Positions 39,750 to 49,370 of a stretch of 64,000 nucleotides of DNA are shown in pieces (position 1 is the first letter of the stretch; the number at the start of each line of letters is the position of its first letter). Under the pieces are notes generated by a model, which made no database searches, was not told the DNA's origin, and was given only the letters and a program-made list of their open reading frames with translations. This DNA is from a virus. The stretch lies in the IMG/VR virus record IMGVR_UViG_3300017963_000228, positions 24,663 to 88,662 of that record, one strand, 5' to 3'. A program made the position numbers and the translations under genes.

Positions 39750-41291
39750 TTAGTATATATTCGGGCCATCTGCTCCACGTAAGAACAGTTTTGCCCCCTC
39801 TCTGGCAAACCAGAGAGACATAACAATATCCGTAGTTTCATAGAAGGGATGGTTGGAAAATTCAAAATACATTTTCATCCAAGGATCATTTATGTCATCT
39901 TCACCGATATCTGGTTTGTGATCAAAGCAGAACATCCACTCTTGATTATCCATCTCTTTTTCAATTGATGGAAGACCGTGTAACGGATCTGATTTATTTT
40001 TACCTGTCAAAAATCCTTCAATGCGTATTCCATATTTTTTGAATTTATCCTGACCCATCATGGAGATAAGCATATCAATAATAGCATCCTGTACACCGTT
40101 ATTCTCAGCCATAAAAACATCAACACCGAATTGCCGAAAATATTTAACCATCCAGAATGGTATATCCTGAGAACCACGAAGAAGATTCAAAGCAACTGGA
40201 ATTTTCAAACCTGTTTTACGATGTACCGCTATAACCGATAAGATTGTACCGGGACGTTTAAGAGAAGCAAAGTCAATACCACCAATGAAAAACCAATTAC
40301 GTTCATCATCAATAATAGCTTCTGGTTTAACACCAAAATGACAACACTTTGAAAAAGAAGGAAACGATTTATCAGAATCGGAATAAGGAATTAAACGATA
40401 ACCACGATCAAAGTCCCTTTGGCCAAGCTCTTTGACCTTCATATCAAGGTCTTCTTTATCAAACAGCCACCACAAAGGTAACTTCCATTCACGACCAAAG
40501 GAATCTCTGTAAAGAAGATTATTCATATCTTCTGTCACAGCAATCGACATCCAAGACCAAATGGGATTGCGCTGAATAACCGATGCAAGATCGTTTTCAT
40601 GCCATTTATTCATCATGACCAACACTTCTGAATCTTTAGGAATCAAACGTGTCAACCAAATATTTTTAAATACATCTTCTATTTTTTCTCTTGTGGTAGG
40701 TTCAAGAACTGCGGTTTTAAGATCTTGAGGATCATCAAAAACAATTAAATTTGCACGACCACCAATAGCTGTTGATAAAACACCATAAGCTTCAACCGTA
40801 CCATCTTTACTCATAGCGGTGCGTTTAACAATAAATCGTTGAGATCCCCAAATGGGAGTTGGAAGAATATGGGGTGCAATGCGTTTTAAATCATCATCTT
40901 TTGTTATATAATCACGAATAGCCCTACAACGTTTTACTGCTTCTGTTTCAGAAACATGAACTATTTTACAAAGTAGATTTGGGTTTTGTGCGATTTTATG
41001 CATAACCCATCCAGTGCAGAGTTGTTCAGTCTTACCATGACCAAAAGCACCCAGCACCAAATATTTTCGATATCCTTTAGCGTTAGCATATCGAATAAAA
41101 CGATGCATAACATTATGCACCGGAGCATTTCTAACAGATTTACCTCTGGAATCTTTTAAAAAATCTTGTGTAAAAAATTCTGATTTCGGTTTAACGAGAT
41201 CAGCATGATCAATATCAATATTGTCAATTAATTCAACAACACCACCATTCAAGAATTGCTCTAAACCTTTATCAAATAGGACTTGAGACAT
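39750..41291 (-). CDS. terL: Terminase large subunit
   Basis: Walker A GAFGHGKT, Walker B LIVFDDP, KWHENDL, nuclease GIDFA and TTDIVMSLWFA. Confidence 0.93.
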   Translation of the reverse strand: MSQVLFDKGLEQFLNGGVVELIDNIDIDHADLVKPKSEFFTQDFLKDSRGKSVRNAPVHNVMHRFIRYANAKGYRKYLVLGAFGHGKTEQLCTGWVMHKIAQNPNLLCKIVHVSETEAVKRCRAIRDYITKDDDLKRIAPHILPTPIWGSQRFIVKRTAMSKDGTVEAYGVLSTAIGGRANLIVFDDPQDLKTAVLEPTTREKIEDVFKNIWLTRLIPKDSEVLVMMNKWHENDLASVIQRNPIWSWMSIAVTEDMNNLLYRDSFGREWKLPLWWLFDKEDLDMKVKELGQRDFDRGYRLIPYSDSDKSFPSFSKCCHFGVKPEAIIDDERNWFFIGGIDFASLKRPGTILSVIAVHRKTGLKIPVALNLLRGSQDIPFWMVKYFRQFGVDVFMAENNGVQDAIIDMLISMMGQDKFKKYGIRIEGFLTGKNKSDPLHGLPSIEKEMDNQEWMFCFDHKPDIGEDDINDPWMKMYFEFSNHPFYETTDIVMSLWFAREGAKLFLRGADGPNIY

Positions 41292-41849
41292 TTAATTAGT
41301 TCCCGTTTTTTCCATCTCAATCTGCATGAAGTTGTCCATTTCTTCAGAAAGATTTATATTACGCAATTCTTTCATAAAAATGTGTTTTACTTCAGTAGGA
41401 AGTTTATTAACCACACCCAAAATGATTTTTTGAAACGACATAAACTTCATTTCATACTCATGTCGTACAATATCCTTCTTTCCATACTTATCAGGATATT
41501 TGCGCTCCAGCATCCACGCCGATGCTTGCCATGCCCCTAAACGACCAGCAAGGTGAATATTGTTCAAATGGGTGCTTTCACATTGGGCCTGACATGCTTC
41601 TACAAATTCTTCAAATTCAGGATCAGATCGAAGAATGCCTAATTGATAATCAGAGATACGTAAAAGCTTTGCTGCTTCTTTAATGTCCAAACCGCGTTTC
41701 ATATACAAAGACAATTTTAATTTTTGAGAAAACAGCGTAGCTTTTTTGGGAAGTTTACATTTTTTCGATGTATTTTCAAAATCAACATCGTCAATGATTT
41801 CCGGTTCAACTGAATCTTTTGTTTTAAGCTTCAGTTTAGTAATTGCCAT
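41292..41849 (-). CDS. terS: Terminase small subunit
   Basis: HTH plus WQASAWMLERKYPDKYG; abuts terL. Confidence 0.8.
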   Translation of the reverse strand: MAITKLKLKTKDSVEPEIIDDVDFENTSKKCKLPKKATLFSQKLKLSLYMKRGLDIKEAAKLLRISDYQLGILRSDPEFEEFVEACQAQCESTHLNNIHLAGRLGAWQASAWMLERKYPDKYGKKDIVRHEYEMKFMSFQKIILGVVNKLPTEVKHIFMKELRNINLSEEMDNFMQIEMEKTGTN

Positions 41850-41940
41850 TTATGACCCCCATGTGATATAGAATTGATTCAATTGGTTAAATATCCTTAT
41901 TTTAAGTTTAATTCATCAATAATGTCAATGGGTAACTGTC

Positions 41941-42411
41941 ATGGCAAAAAAATATGGTAAAGTCAAAACAATAGATCGATTCAATCGTGACCCCAAAGAG
42001 GAAAAATTTATTAGTGATTTCCAAGAGATAATGATCCAACGATTGGATTTGAACAGAACGGGACATTACCATCCTGATAATATCAAATGGATTCAAATGA
42101 ATGCCTGTGAAACAGCCCATCCCAATCTCAATACGAAAATCGCTGATGGTTTTTTACTATCCTGTGTTGTTGATCCAGAAATCTATATTAGGATTCAAGA
42201 AACAGCTAAAAAAGTAACGGGTGATTATATGGCAATGGATGACCTCATTCATCTTCTACTAACTTACTTCATAAGCACCTATCAGGGACCAGTACCAAAA
42301 AATCAATTGCCATATAATAGAGTAAAAAAAGTTAGAGGTAAGAAATTACTGCAATTTAAAAAACGCTTCAAACCCTACTTCAAAAACACCGTCCGAACAT
42401 TTAATTTATAA
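41941..42411 (+). CDS. Hypothetical protein (possible regulator), divergent from terS
   Basis: 156-aa ORF, basic C-terminus. Confidence 0.55.
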   Translation: MAKKYGKVKTIDRFNRDPKEEKFISDFQEIMIQRLDLNRTGHYHPDNIKWIQMNACETAHPNLNTKIADGFLLSCVVDPEIYIRIQETAKKVTGDYMAMDDLIHLLLTYFISTYQGPVPKNQLPYNRVKKVRGKKLLQFKKRFKPYFKNTVRTFNL

Positions 42412-42434
42412 AAATCAAACATTTATAAATTTAA

Positions 42435-42464
42435 TTGACAAACCCCTCCTCAAAACCGTACAAT
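42435..42464 (+). promoter_or_regulatory. Sigma70-type promoter upstream of replication gene
   Basis: TTGACA-N18-TACAAT. Confidence 0.7.
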
Positions 42465-42488
42465 TCCTAATGTTTGTCTTGCCAAAAA

Positions 42489-42623
42489 GAAAAGCCCACC
42501 GCAATCGGGTGAGCTTTTCAGTTCCCAACGGTTCAGAAGAACCGGACAAGGAGGTTTCCCGGTGGCAAGTCGGGAAAAACGATGGTGTGATTGACCCCAA
42601 AGGCGATTTGATGATCAATCGTT
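42489..42623 (+). promoter_or_regulatory. Structured GC-rich leader (four hairpins, SD-led 10-codon uORF)
   Basis: Hairpins 42489-42519, 42529-42544, 42555-42577, 42578-42623; AAGGAGG 42548-42554 then GTG uORF 42562-42594. Confidence 0.55.
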
Positions 42624-42689
42624 CTTTAAATACCCCCCAAAGGATATAAAAAGAGGCATTTAACACTCTATCCAAAAGGATATAAAAGA

Positions 42690-44501
42690 ATGTTAAACAA
42701 TGTAAAAATAAAACAGGTTGATAACCCCTGTCAAGAAAAAAATGAATTTTCTAATAATACTCAGACAAATATCTACGAATTAAGCAGGGAATTTCTATTC
42801 AATTGCACCCAATTCGTTGATAATATTGTAAATTTACCAGAATCACCATGGCGCAGTTCCCAACATACCCTTCAATGGGCCAGCAATAAATCCCCCCGCA
42901 ATCTTGGCAAAACTCAAAAAGAGATCCTTCTGTTCCTCCAACGAAGATACTTTATTCGCAATCAACCCTGCTTCGTCAAACAAACATACATAGCAGATCA
43001 ATTGAATATCCATCGATCACAGGTTAACCGGACACTGGCATCTCTGGAAAAGAACGGCATCATCCTACGCATCCAGTGGCTTTATAAAGGTCGGCGCAAA
43101 AACTGCTTGATCCTCCCTCTTTTAGATTCCATATCCCCACTGTTCAAAGAAAACAACCTCTGCAAAATCGATTTTCAAAGGTGTCACATTAAATGTAACA
43201 CTTTGTTCTGTAAACCATCAGAATCAAAGGGTTTTTCAAACTCCCTTTTACTATATACTTCTTTATTATATATCAATAAACTCTTTAATAATAATCTCAT
43301 ATCTATAAATACGTTAAATAATAGATCTAAAAGATCCTTACGGAATGTACAATGTTCTGACGAACCATTGCACGAACCATCTGCTTTGCCTAAACTTCAT
43401 GTAACCAAAAAAGTTGATGCACCAAGTAAAAAGAAAAAACAGAAAGGAATTTGTATAATGCCACGGTTTGTTCTTAAACGTAAGCAAAACTCTGGTCATC
43501 CTTATCCTGAAATTTCCGCTAAGTTGAAACTCAATGGGTATCGTTTGGAAAAACTACCGGCTCAAGAACAAATTGATTATATGAATTTTATCAGTTTTAA
43601 TCATTTTATCGATGTACAGCATCAATTCAGTATTAATCCCCATAAGCGGTATGAAGGTGCCGGTATCGATAAATCAAAGTGGTATATTACGGCTAATTTG
43701 ATTTTGCGCCAATGTCTCGTTAAAATCATTGAAACCGATAATGAGCTTCAGTGGTCTTTTGCAGATTCCATTATTGCTTTGTGGAATAAAACCATTAAAC
43801 CCTACAAAGGGGTTTTTCGCCGTGTAAATTTAAATAACAAAGAAAGCAAAGCATACATTAATGCCGTAATTGCTATTTCTCACTGTCTGGTGTTCAGGGT
43901 AGGGGGAAGCATGGAACAAATGCGTACAGCCGTTCTCCGTTTACCACAGGGTCGATTTAAAAGACGCCCACCGTGGAACTGGAAAAATTCTGTAACCATC
44001 GATAAATTCTTTATGCTTGAATTCTTTACAAGAGACAAAATGATTACCCATAACCCTTATTTGGATAACGAAATTGAATTTAGTCGTTTTGTAAATTCAT
44101 ATAAACAAAATAAAAAGAATATAAAAGCATTTGATTATTTCAAAAAGGATTATATAAACGAATTTTTTCCAAATAATGTTGAAGAAGGTGAAAAAGCCTG
44201 TTACTTATTTGAATTTGCGATTAAAGAATTTTTAGATGATCTTATTGACGAGATTCGCCGTGGTGCTAATACTTACAACTTCAGTCTTGTTTTAGATAAA
44301 AAAGAACGTGCTTCACTTTTAAAGCTTTATTTTCATTATCTTGGTGGAACTGAAAAATATCAATTCAGTGGTGCAAGATTTAAAAAAATACTCAAGATGG
44401 ATACGTGGATGGATTTCATTAATAAATATATGCGAATTGAAATGGGTTATGAGGATTTCTGGCGAAAGGAGTCTAAAAAGACAAATGGAAGAAAAAAATA
44501 A
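42690..44501 (+). CDS. Replication initiator-like protein with N-terminal winged HTH
   Basis: VKQTYIADQLNIHRSQVNRTLASLEKNGII HTH; AT-rich N/K-rich linker as in phage replisome organisers. Confidence 0.6.
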   Translation: MLNNVKIKQVDNPCQEKNEFSNNTQTNIYELSREFLFNCTQFVDNIVNLPESPWRSSQHTLQWASNKSPRNLGKTQKEILLFLQRRYFIRNQPCFVKQTYIADQLNIHRSQVNRTLASLEKNGIILRIQWLYKGRRKNCLILPLLDSISPLFKENNLCKIDFQRCHIKCNTLFCKPSESKGFSNSLLLYTSLLYINKLFNNNLISINTLNNRSKRSLRNVQCSDEPLHEPSALPKLHVTKKVDAPSKKKKQKGICIMPRFVLKRKQNSGHPYPEISAKLKLNGYRLEKLPAQEQIDYMNFISFNHFIDVQHQFSINPHKRYEGAGIDKSKWYITANLILRQCLVKIIETDNELQWSFADSIIALWNKTIKPYKGVFRRVNLNNKESKAYINAVIAISHCLVFRVGGSMEQMRTAVLRLPQGRFKRRPPWNWKNSVTIDKFFMLEFFTRDKMITHNPYLDNEIEFSRFVNSYKQNKKNIKAFDYFKKDYINEFFPNNVEEGEKACYLFEFAIKEFLDDLIDEIRRGANTYNFSLVLDKKERASLLKLYFHYLGGTEKYQFSGARFKKILKMDTWMDFINKYMRIEMGYEDFWRKESKKTNGRKK

Positions 44502-45141
44502 CATTGATGAATTTGCAAAAGACATTATACAGTTTTTAAAATTACCAGATTGGAAGAAAATCAGTTGTAAAATAAACTATCCGAAGTTCAACAGCTATCC
44601 CATTCAAACAAAAGAACAGGAACATAAACGTAGCGAAATGCTTTATGCACTCTGCGCTCATTTCGCTATGATGAACTATGACGAATTTATTAACTCATTA
44701 TCAAGCCCTATCGATGACATATGGCCAAGAGCCATGGAATTGTTTATTACGCCAACCCTGCTTGATCTGGTTAATCTAAACACGTTAATTAAATATGCCT
44801 ATTGTCCCTTTTGTGAATATTATGCTGGATTACGCATTCAACCCCGTATATGGGACCGAATGAACAGATTTAAAGTGATTCCTGTTTATGGTCGTTGTGA
44901 TATTATTGAAAATACAAATAATAACATTAATTTAGGACATATTTCCTCTCACGTTTCCATTATGCAACGATGCCCCGGTTGGAACCCCATTCCAATGATT
45001 GAATCAACAATCGATTTAAATATTAAAAAACTGTTTGCATCTGAAAATTTTCCATACTATTATTCCGACTACAAAAAGGATTTGGAATATCTTGATTTAT
45101 GGGATTTTTTGCGAAATAGATATCGTCAAAATCAGATATAA
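44485..45141 (+). CDS. Hypothetical protein with Cys motifs
   Basis: Start MEEKNN with AAGGAG RBS; CPFCEYY...GRC...CPGW. Confidence 0.55.
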   Translation: MEEKNNIDEFAKDIIQFLKLPDWKKISCKINYPKFNSYPIQTKEQEHKRSEMLYALCAHFAMMNYDEFINSLSSPIDDIWPRAMELFITPTLLDLVNLNTLIKYAYCPFCEYYAGLRIQPRIWDRMNRFKVIPVYGRCDIIENTNNNINLGHISSHVSIMQRCPGWNPIPMIESTIDLNIKKLFASENFPYYYSDYKKDLEYLDLWDFLRNRYRQNQI

Positions 45142-45156
45142 AAGGTTGAAATTGTT

Positions 45157-45606
45157 ATGTTAAAACGACACCTGTTAAAGACGAAAAAAACAAAACCACG
45201 CAAGAAAAAACGATTCGATCTAAAAACCGCACAATGTTATTATTCGGGTTTTTGTCTCACAGATAATAAAAATTTCGCTTTATTTGATATTTCTGAACAA
45301 AATATCATTGACATGGGTATTGAACATGTTTTACCATTTCCCATGTCTGAAGATGACCTTCAAATGATTCTTGATCGAAAAACAAAGGTTCATGTCAGTA
45401 AGGGAATTATTTCAGTTACGATTAAAGATTATGGATTGGTTGACAGAAACGTATTTAATCTTTTTCAATCAACCAAAGAATCAATTTTCCATCCTGTTAT
45501 AGAATGGTTTGGAAATCCCTGTAATCGTTTAATCACCGTTGTTAATGAAGAAGGGGCTAAACCGATTGGCGTATTTAAAACCGTTAAAGATGAAAAGGAG
45601 AATTAA
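45157..45606 (+). CDS. Hypothetical protein
   Basis: 149-aa ORF, basic N-terminus. Confidence 0.55.
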   Translation: MLKRHLLKTKKTKPRKKKRFDLKTAQCYYSGFCLTDNKNFALFDISEQNIIDMGIEHVLPFPMSEDDLQMILDRKTKVHVSKGIISVTIKDYGLVDRNVFNLFQSTKESIFHPVIEWFGNPCNRLITVVNEEGAKPIGVFKTVKDEKEN

Positions 45607-45608
45607 CC

Positions 45609-46022
45609 ATGGCAGCTAAAGTTAAGATGAAAAAGAAGACACCGGCTAAAAAGACTATTGTAAAGAAGAAAGCCACTGGCAAGAAGACGGCTGTAAAGAA
45701 AACCACTGGTAAAAAAACCGTATTGGCATCGAAAAAAAAGAAACCGGCAGCATCCAAAGCAAAGCCAGCTACCAAACGTAAAAAAGCTATTGGTTTTGAA
45801 GTAATGGCATCTTATGTAAAGAAGATTAATAAAGAATACGAAGATATGCAAAAACTATTTGATGGTGTTGCTGAAGAACTGGTAGATTTTTTGTATGAAG
45901 GACAGAAGAAATCGGCTATTAATGCCAGATCTAAATTTCAGGAAATTACCAAAGCATGTAAGGGTATTCGTACATCCATTCAGGAAGCAAAATCCAAGCT
46001 GAAACCCATTTATAAGGACTAA
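45609..46022 (+). CDS. Histone H1-like protein (K/A/T-rich tail + Hc1-like helical domain)
   Basis: KKTPAKK/KKATGKK/KKTTGKK repeats; GQKKSAINARSKFQEITKACKGIRTSIQ resembles Hc1 domain. Confidence 0.75.
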   Translation: MAAKVKMKKKTPAKKTIVKKKATGKKTAVKKTTGKKTVLASKKKKPAASKAKPATKRKKAIGFEVMASYVKKINKEYEDMQKLFDGVAEELVDFLYEGQKKSAINARSKFQEITKACKGIRTSIQEAKSKLKPIYKD

Positions 46023-46055
46023 AAACCCCACTTAACCACTTGATATTCAAGTGTT

Positions 46056-46085
46056 AAATGCCCCTTTTCGGAGGGGCATTTTTTT
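46056..46085 (+). terminator. Intrinsic terminator
   Basis: aaatgcccct-tttcgg-aggggcattt plus T-run. Confidence 0.85.
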
Positions 46086-46088
46086 ATC

Positions 46089-46118
46089 TTGACTCGTACT
46101 TGGATGATCGGTTACAAT
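46089..46118 (+). promoter_or_regulatory. Sigma70-type promoter
   Basis: TTGACT-N18-TACAAT. Confidence 0.6.
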
Positions 46119-46145
46119 TATTCATCCAACTTTGGGAGAGGATAA

Positions 46146-46457
46146 ATGATTCCACGATATAAATTAAAAGTAAAAAATCAATTTAAAGGAAAACATTTTA
46201 ATGGGCCATATTATGAACCTAAATATGATCAAAAAAGATTAACTGGACAAATATTAAGAGTTTTTAATTGTATGAAAGATGGACAATGGCGTACTTTAAA
46301 TGAAATTCATATTGTTACTAATGATCCTCATGCAAGTATTTCTGCACAACTTCGTCATTTAAGAAAATATCGATTTGGAGAACATACAGTACTATTAAGA
46401 TCCAGAGGTAAACGTATTAATGGTTTATTTGAATATAAACTAATAGTAAATAAATAA
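46146..46457 (+). CDS. Winged-helix DNA-binding protein
   Basis: QILRVFNCMKDGQWRTLNEI...ASISAQLRHLRK...GLFEYKL. Confidence 0.65.
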   Translation: MIPRYKLKVKNQFKGKHFNGPYYEPKYDQKRLTGQILRVFNCMKDGQWRTLNEIHIVTNDPHASISAQLRHLRKYRFGEHTVLLRSRGKRINGLFEYKLIVNK

Positions 46458-46475
46458 AAGAAGGACTAATTTAGA

Positions 46476-46799
46476 ATGACTAAACAATACGGAGAATTCC
46501 AGTGTCCCTATTGCGATCAAGTTTTCTTTCAAAAGAAAAAGCTTGATGGACATATTGGTGGAGCGCACAAACGCAATACTACAAAGGATGGGACTCCCCG
46601 TTGTAAATTCTGCAAGAAACCTCTCAAACGTGGATTCAATTGGCCTGAATGGGCTGTCAAGCAACGCAACCTTATCTGCACTCCCTGTAAAAATGCTCAA
46701 AATCGTAAATCTTATATGAATCGAAAAAAACGTACTTTAGAAAATAAGAAAGCAGGATATCCAAATTTAAAGGAAAGATTAAAAAATGTCAAAAAATGA
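46476..46799 (+). CDS. C2H2 / Cys zinc-finger protein
   Basis: FQCPYC...LDGHIGGAH plus CKFC...CTPC. Confidence 0.7.
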   Translation: MTKQYGEFQCPYCDQVFFQKKKLDGHIGGAHKRNTTKDGTPRCKFCKKPLKRGFNWPEWAVKQRNLICTPCKNAQNRKSYMNRKKRTLENKKAGYPNLKERLKNVKK

Positions 46800-47469
46800 A
46801 AATACTCCCTTAATTCCAAAGGTGGATCTTCAAAGTATTTTTGGAAGAAATGAATATCATTTTAATCTTCGCAAAGAAATTAAAATAGAAAATCTCTCAC
46901 ATACCAGCGGTAATATCAGTCTTACGGAATTAATGTATCTTGCCCTTATCACAAAGATTGTTAATCCCACGCTTATTGTGGAATTTGGTACGTTCAATGG
47001 ACGTAGCACATCCATACTGGCAATGAACTCATTACCTGATTGCCGTGTTATCACTGTTGATCTTCCAAATACACATCGTAACAAAACCAAATATGAATTA
47101 GAACGCAAACAAAATTATGAAGATGTTGATGAACTTGGTTTTGTTGGTTTAAAAAATAAACTGTTTTCTGATAAGGTTTATCGAAATAAAATAGAACAAC
47201 TGTGGATGGATTCAGCTCAATTCCCTATTGAAAAATATAAAGAAAAAGTAGATCTTTTCTTTGTCGATGCTTCTCATTCCTATCTTAATTGTAAAAATGA
47301 TTTTAGAACTGCTCTTAAATGCATTACACCAAACGGTGTTATTATTCTTCATGATTATGCTGGATGGCCGGGAGTCACAGAAGCATTGAATGAAGAATGG
47401 TATGATCATGATATTCCTTTACGTTGGCTATCGGGAACTTCTTTTGCAATTCTAAATTCGGAATTATAG
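46786..47469 (+). CDS. Class I SAM-dependent methyltransferase (Methyltransf_24-like)
   Basis: IVEFGTFNGRST, DLFFVDASHSY, GVIILHDY..WPGV. Confidence 0.85.
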   Translation: MSKNENTPLIPKVDLQSIFGRNEYHFNLRKEIKIENLSHTSGNISLTELMYLALITKIVNPTLIVEFGTFNGRSTSILAMNSLPDCRVITVDLPNTHRNKTKYELERKQNYEDVDELGFVGLKNKLFSDKVYRNKIEQLWMDSAQFPIEKYKEKVDLFFVDASHSYLNCKNDFRTALKCITPNGVIILHDYAGWPGVTEALNEEWYDHDIPLRWLSGTSFAILNSEL

Positions 47470-47477
47470 GAGTATTA

Positions 47478-48494
47478 ATGAAAGTTCTAATATCATTTAT
47501 CAATCACAAGTCTAAACCTCAAGATCCTAAACGTTTAGTTGGTATTTTCGATTTAAAAAAGAAAAAATTAATTAAGTGGCTTGATCTAAGTGTTTGTGGT
47601 CAATATGACGATGTAGTTCATGCCACTGGTATGTGTTATAAAGATAATCAACTTTACATTGGCCTTATTCCATCCCGATATCGATTAACCGGAAAGTTAT
47701 TTTCTACTAATATAAAATCTGGTCAATGCTGTATGAATGAATTGCGTTTGACCAAGGGTATTCACGGCATTTGTAATTACAATGGTGATATTATCTTAGC
47801 CAATAGCTGTCAAAATGATTTAATAACAGCTTTAACGGTAAGAGATGGCAATATTATTTGTGAAGATGTATTTTTTGATCTTCTGGAAAATCAACATTCT
47901 GGAATGCGATCCAGTAGTAAATATGATTTTAATGATTGGCCTGACTCTGATGATAATTATCACAACAACAGTGTCATCACTGATTCTAAGGGTGATGTAT
48001 GGATTTCTTCTTTCTTTTCCTATTTAGAATATCCTTGGAAAATAGAAAAACGTCAAAATAAAACAAAAGTAAATACAATCGAAAAACTTGGTATGCCAAA
48101 AGGGATTGTTGCCAATATCAGTAATAATCCACCATTAATACATACTGGCTATAAGATGCCCCATACAGTTTATTTTGATCATAAAGGTGACATGCTTCAT
48201 TGTGAAAGCAAAACATTTCGGGTATGGCATTCACGATATGGTGCATGTTATTGTGATGGATATACCAGAGGTATTTGTGAAGATGTTCCTAACAATGGGT
48301 ATTGGGTAGGTCTTTCTGCATATCGTCAAGGTAGGAGAGATGGATCAGAAACAATTATGGGAGATCTCAAAGGTGCCAAAGTAGTATTTGTTGATTATAA
48401 CATGGAAAAACGTATTGGCTGGGAATGGGATATGTCAGAATTCGGTTTGGAAATATTTGATATCATTCCTTTCAAATCTGGAGTATATAAATGA
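47478..48494 (+). CDS. Beta-propeller protein (DUF4915/TIGR03032-like)
   Basis: D..HNNSV, GYKMPHT, CES, GYTRGI, YWVGLSAYR, EIFDI motifs; start MKVLIS with AGGAG RBS. Confidence 0.55.
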   Translation: MKVLISFINHKSKPQDPKRLVGIFDLKKKKLIKWLDLSVCGQYDDVVHATGMCYKDNQLYIGLIPSRYRLTGKLFSTNIKSGQCCMNELRLTKGIHGICNYNGDIILANSCQNDLITALTVRDGNIICEDVFFDLLENQHSGMRSSSKYDFNDWPDSDDNYHNNSVITDSKGDVWISSFFSYLEYPWKIEKRQNKTKVNTIEKLGMPKGIVANISNNPPLIHTGYKMPHTVYFDHKGDMLHCESKTFRVWHSRYGACYCDGYTRGICEDVPNNGYWVGLSAYRQGRRDGSETIMGDLKGAKVVFVDYNMEKRIGWEWDMSEFGLEIFDIIPFKSGVYK

Positions 48495-49099
48495 TCATCA
48501 TTGGTGATAGTCACTCCGTTATGTTTGAGAAACAAGGCATTCATTGCGGTCCACGTACTGCTTATCGTCTTTATAAAAATAAAAATGCTTTTTTAGATTT
48601 GATTAAACATCTGAAAAATACAGAAGAAAAAATCGGTACTATTTTTGGAGAAATAGATTGCCGTATTCACATATGGTATCAATCCAAAAAGAAAAAAATA
48701 AACGTTTTTCATTTAATTAACAATACCGTTGGATTCTATATTGAGTTTTTAAATTATCTTCGTAAAGAAGGTTACAATATTCATTTTATATTGGAAATTC
48801 CTCCAGCAGCAGAAGAAAACAATATATATAAATATGAATATTATGCTGATTATTTTAATCGACAATTGATTACACATCATTTTAATCGTAGATTGGAAGA
48901 ACATGCCAACAACAATGGTTACTTCTTTATTAAATATACTGATCTTGTAACAAATAGTAATTACTGCACCAAAAGAGAGTATTTAATGACGGATGGTGTT
49001 CATTTAAAACCCATTGTTAAACCACTTATTATGAGTGAAATAGATAAAATTATAAATTTAGAACATCCTAACAGAAAGGTTATATATGGAAGCAAATAA
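48491..49099 (+). CDS. SGNH/GDSL hydrolase-fold protein
   Basis: IIGDSH, FGEIDCR, DGVH. Confidence 0.85.
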   Translation: MIIIGDSHSVMFEKQGIHCGPRTAYRLYKNKNAFLDLIKHLKNTEEKIGTIFGEIDCRIHIWYQSKKKKINVFHLINNTVGFYIEFLNYLRKEGYNIHFILEIPPAAEENNIYKYEYYADYFNRQLITHHFNRRLEEHANNNGYFFIKYTDLVTNSNYCTKREYLMTDGVHLKPIVKPLIMSEIDKIINLEHPNRKVIYGSK

Positions 49100-49370
49100 A
49101 GGAAAGAATATTGTCATTCGTTTAGATAATTATTTAATAAATTTTGATCGTGTGGTATTTATTAAGCATGATCGGGAAAATAATTGTATTTACATTAGTT
49201 ATGATAATGGTTTTACTGATACAATTTCTGATTCTTCAAAGGTTAAAGCACTGTTACAGTACGTCAAAATGTATCCTGATTTAGAGGAACCGAAGACAAT
49301 TGAAACTATGGCTAAATTTGCTTCTTCCCTTAAAAACAGAATCAAAACGGATATTGCGGAGGATAAGTAA
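49086..49370 (+). CDS. Hypothetical protein
   Basis: Coupled 94-aa ORF. Confidence 0.55.
   Translation: MEANKGKNIVIRLDNYLINFDRVVFIKHDRENNCIYISYDNGFTDTISDSSKVKALLQYVKMYPDLEEPKTIETMAKFASSLKNRIKTDIAEDK

Noticed and set aside
39750-41291. Intein or intron in terL or other core genes
   Set aside because: Normal lengths, no splicing motifs or homing endonuclease ORFs
42480-42625. tRNA or known riboswitch in the GC-rich leader
   Set aside because: No cloverleaf, T-loop (TTCGA) or aptamer consensus that I recognise; kept only as an unclassified structured leader
42415-42675. 86-aa minus-strand ORF over the rep leader
   Set aside because: Overlaps promoter and hairpins, lacks RBS; more likely incidental
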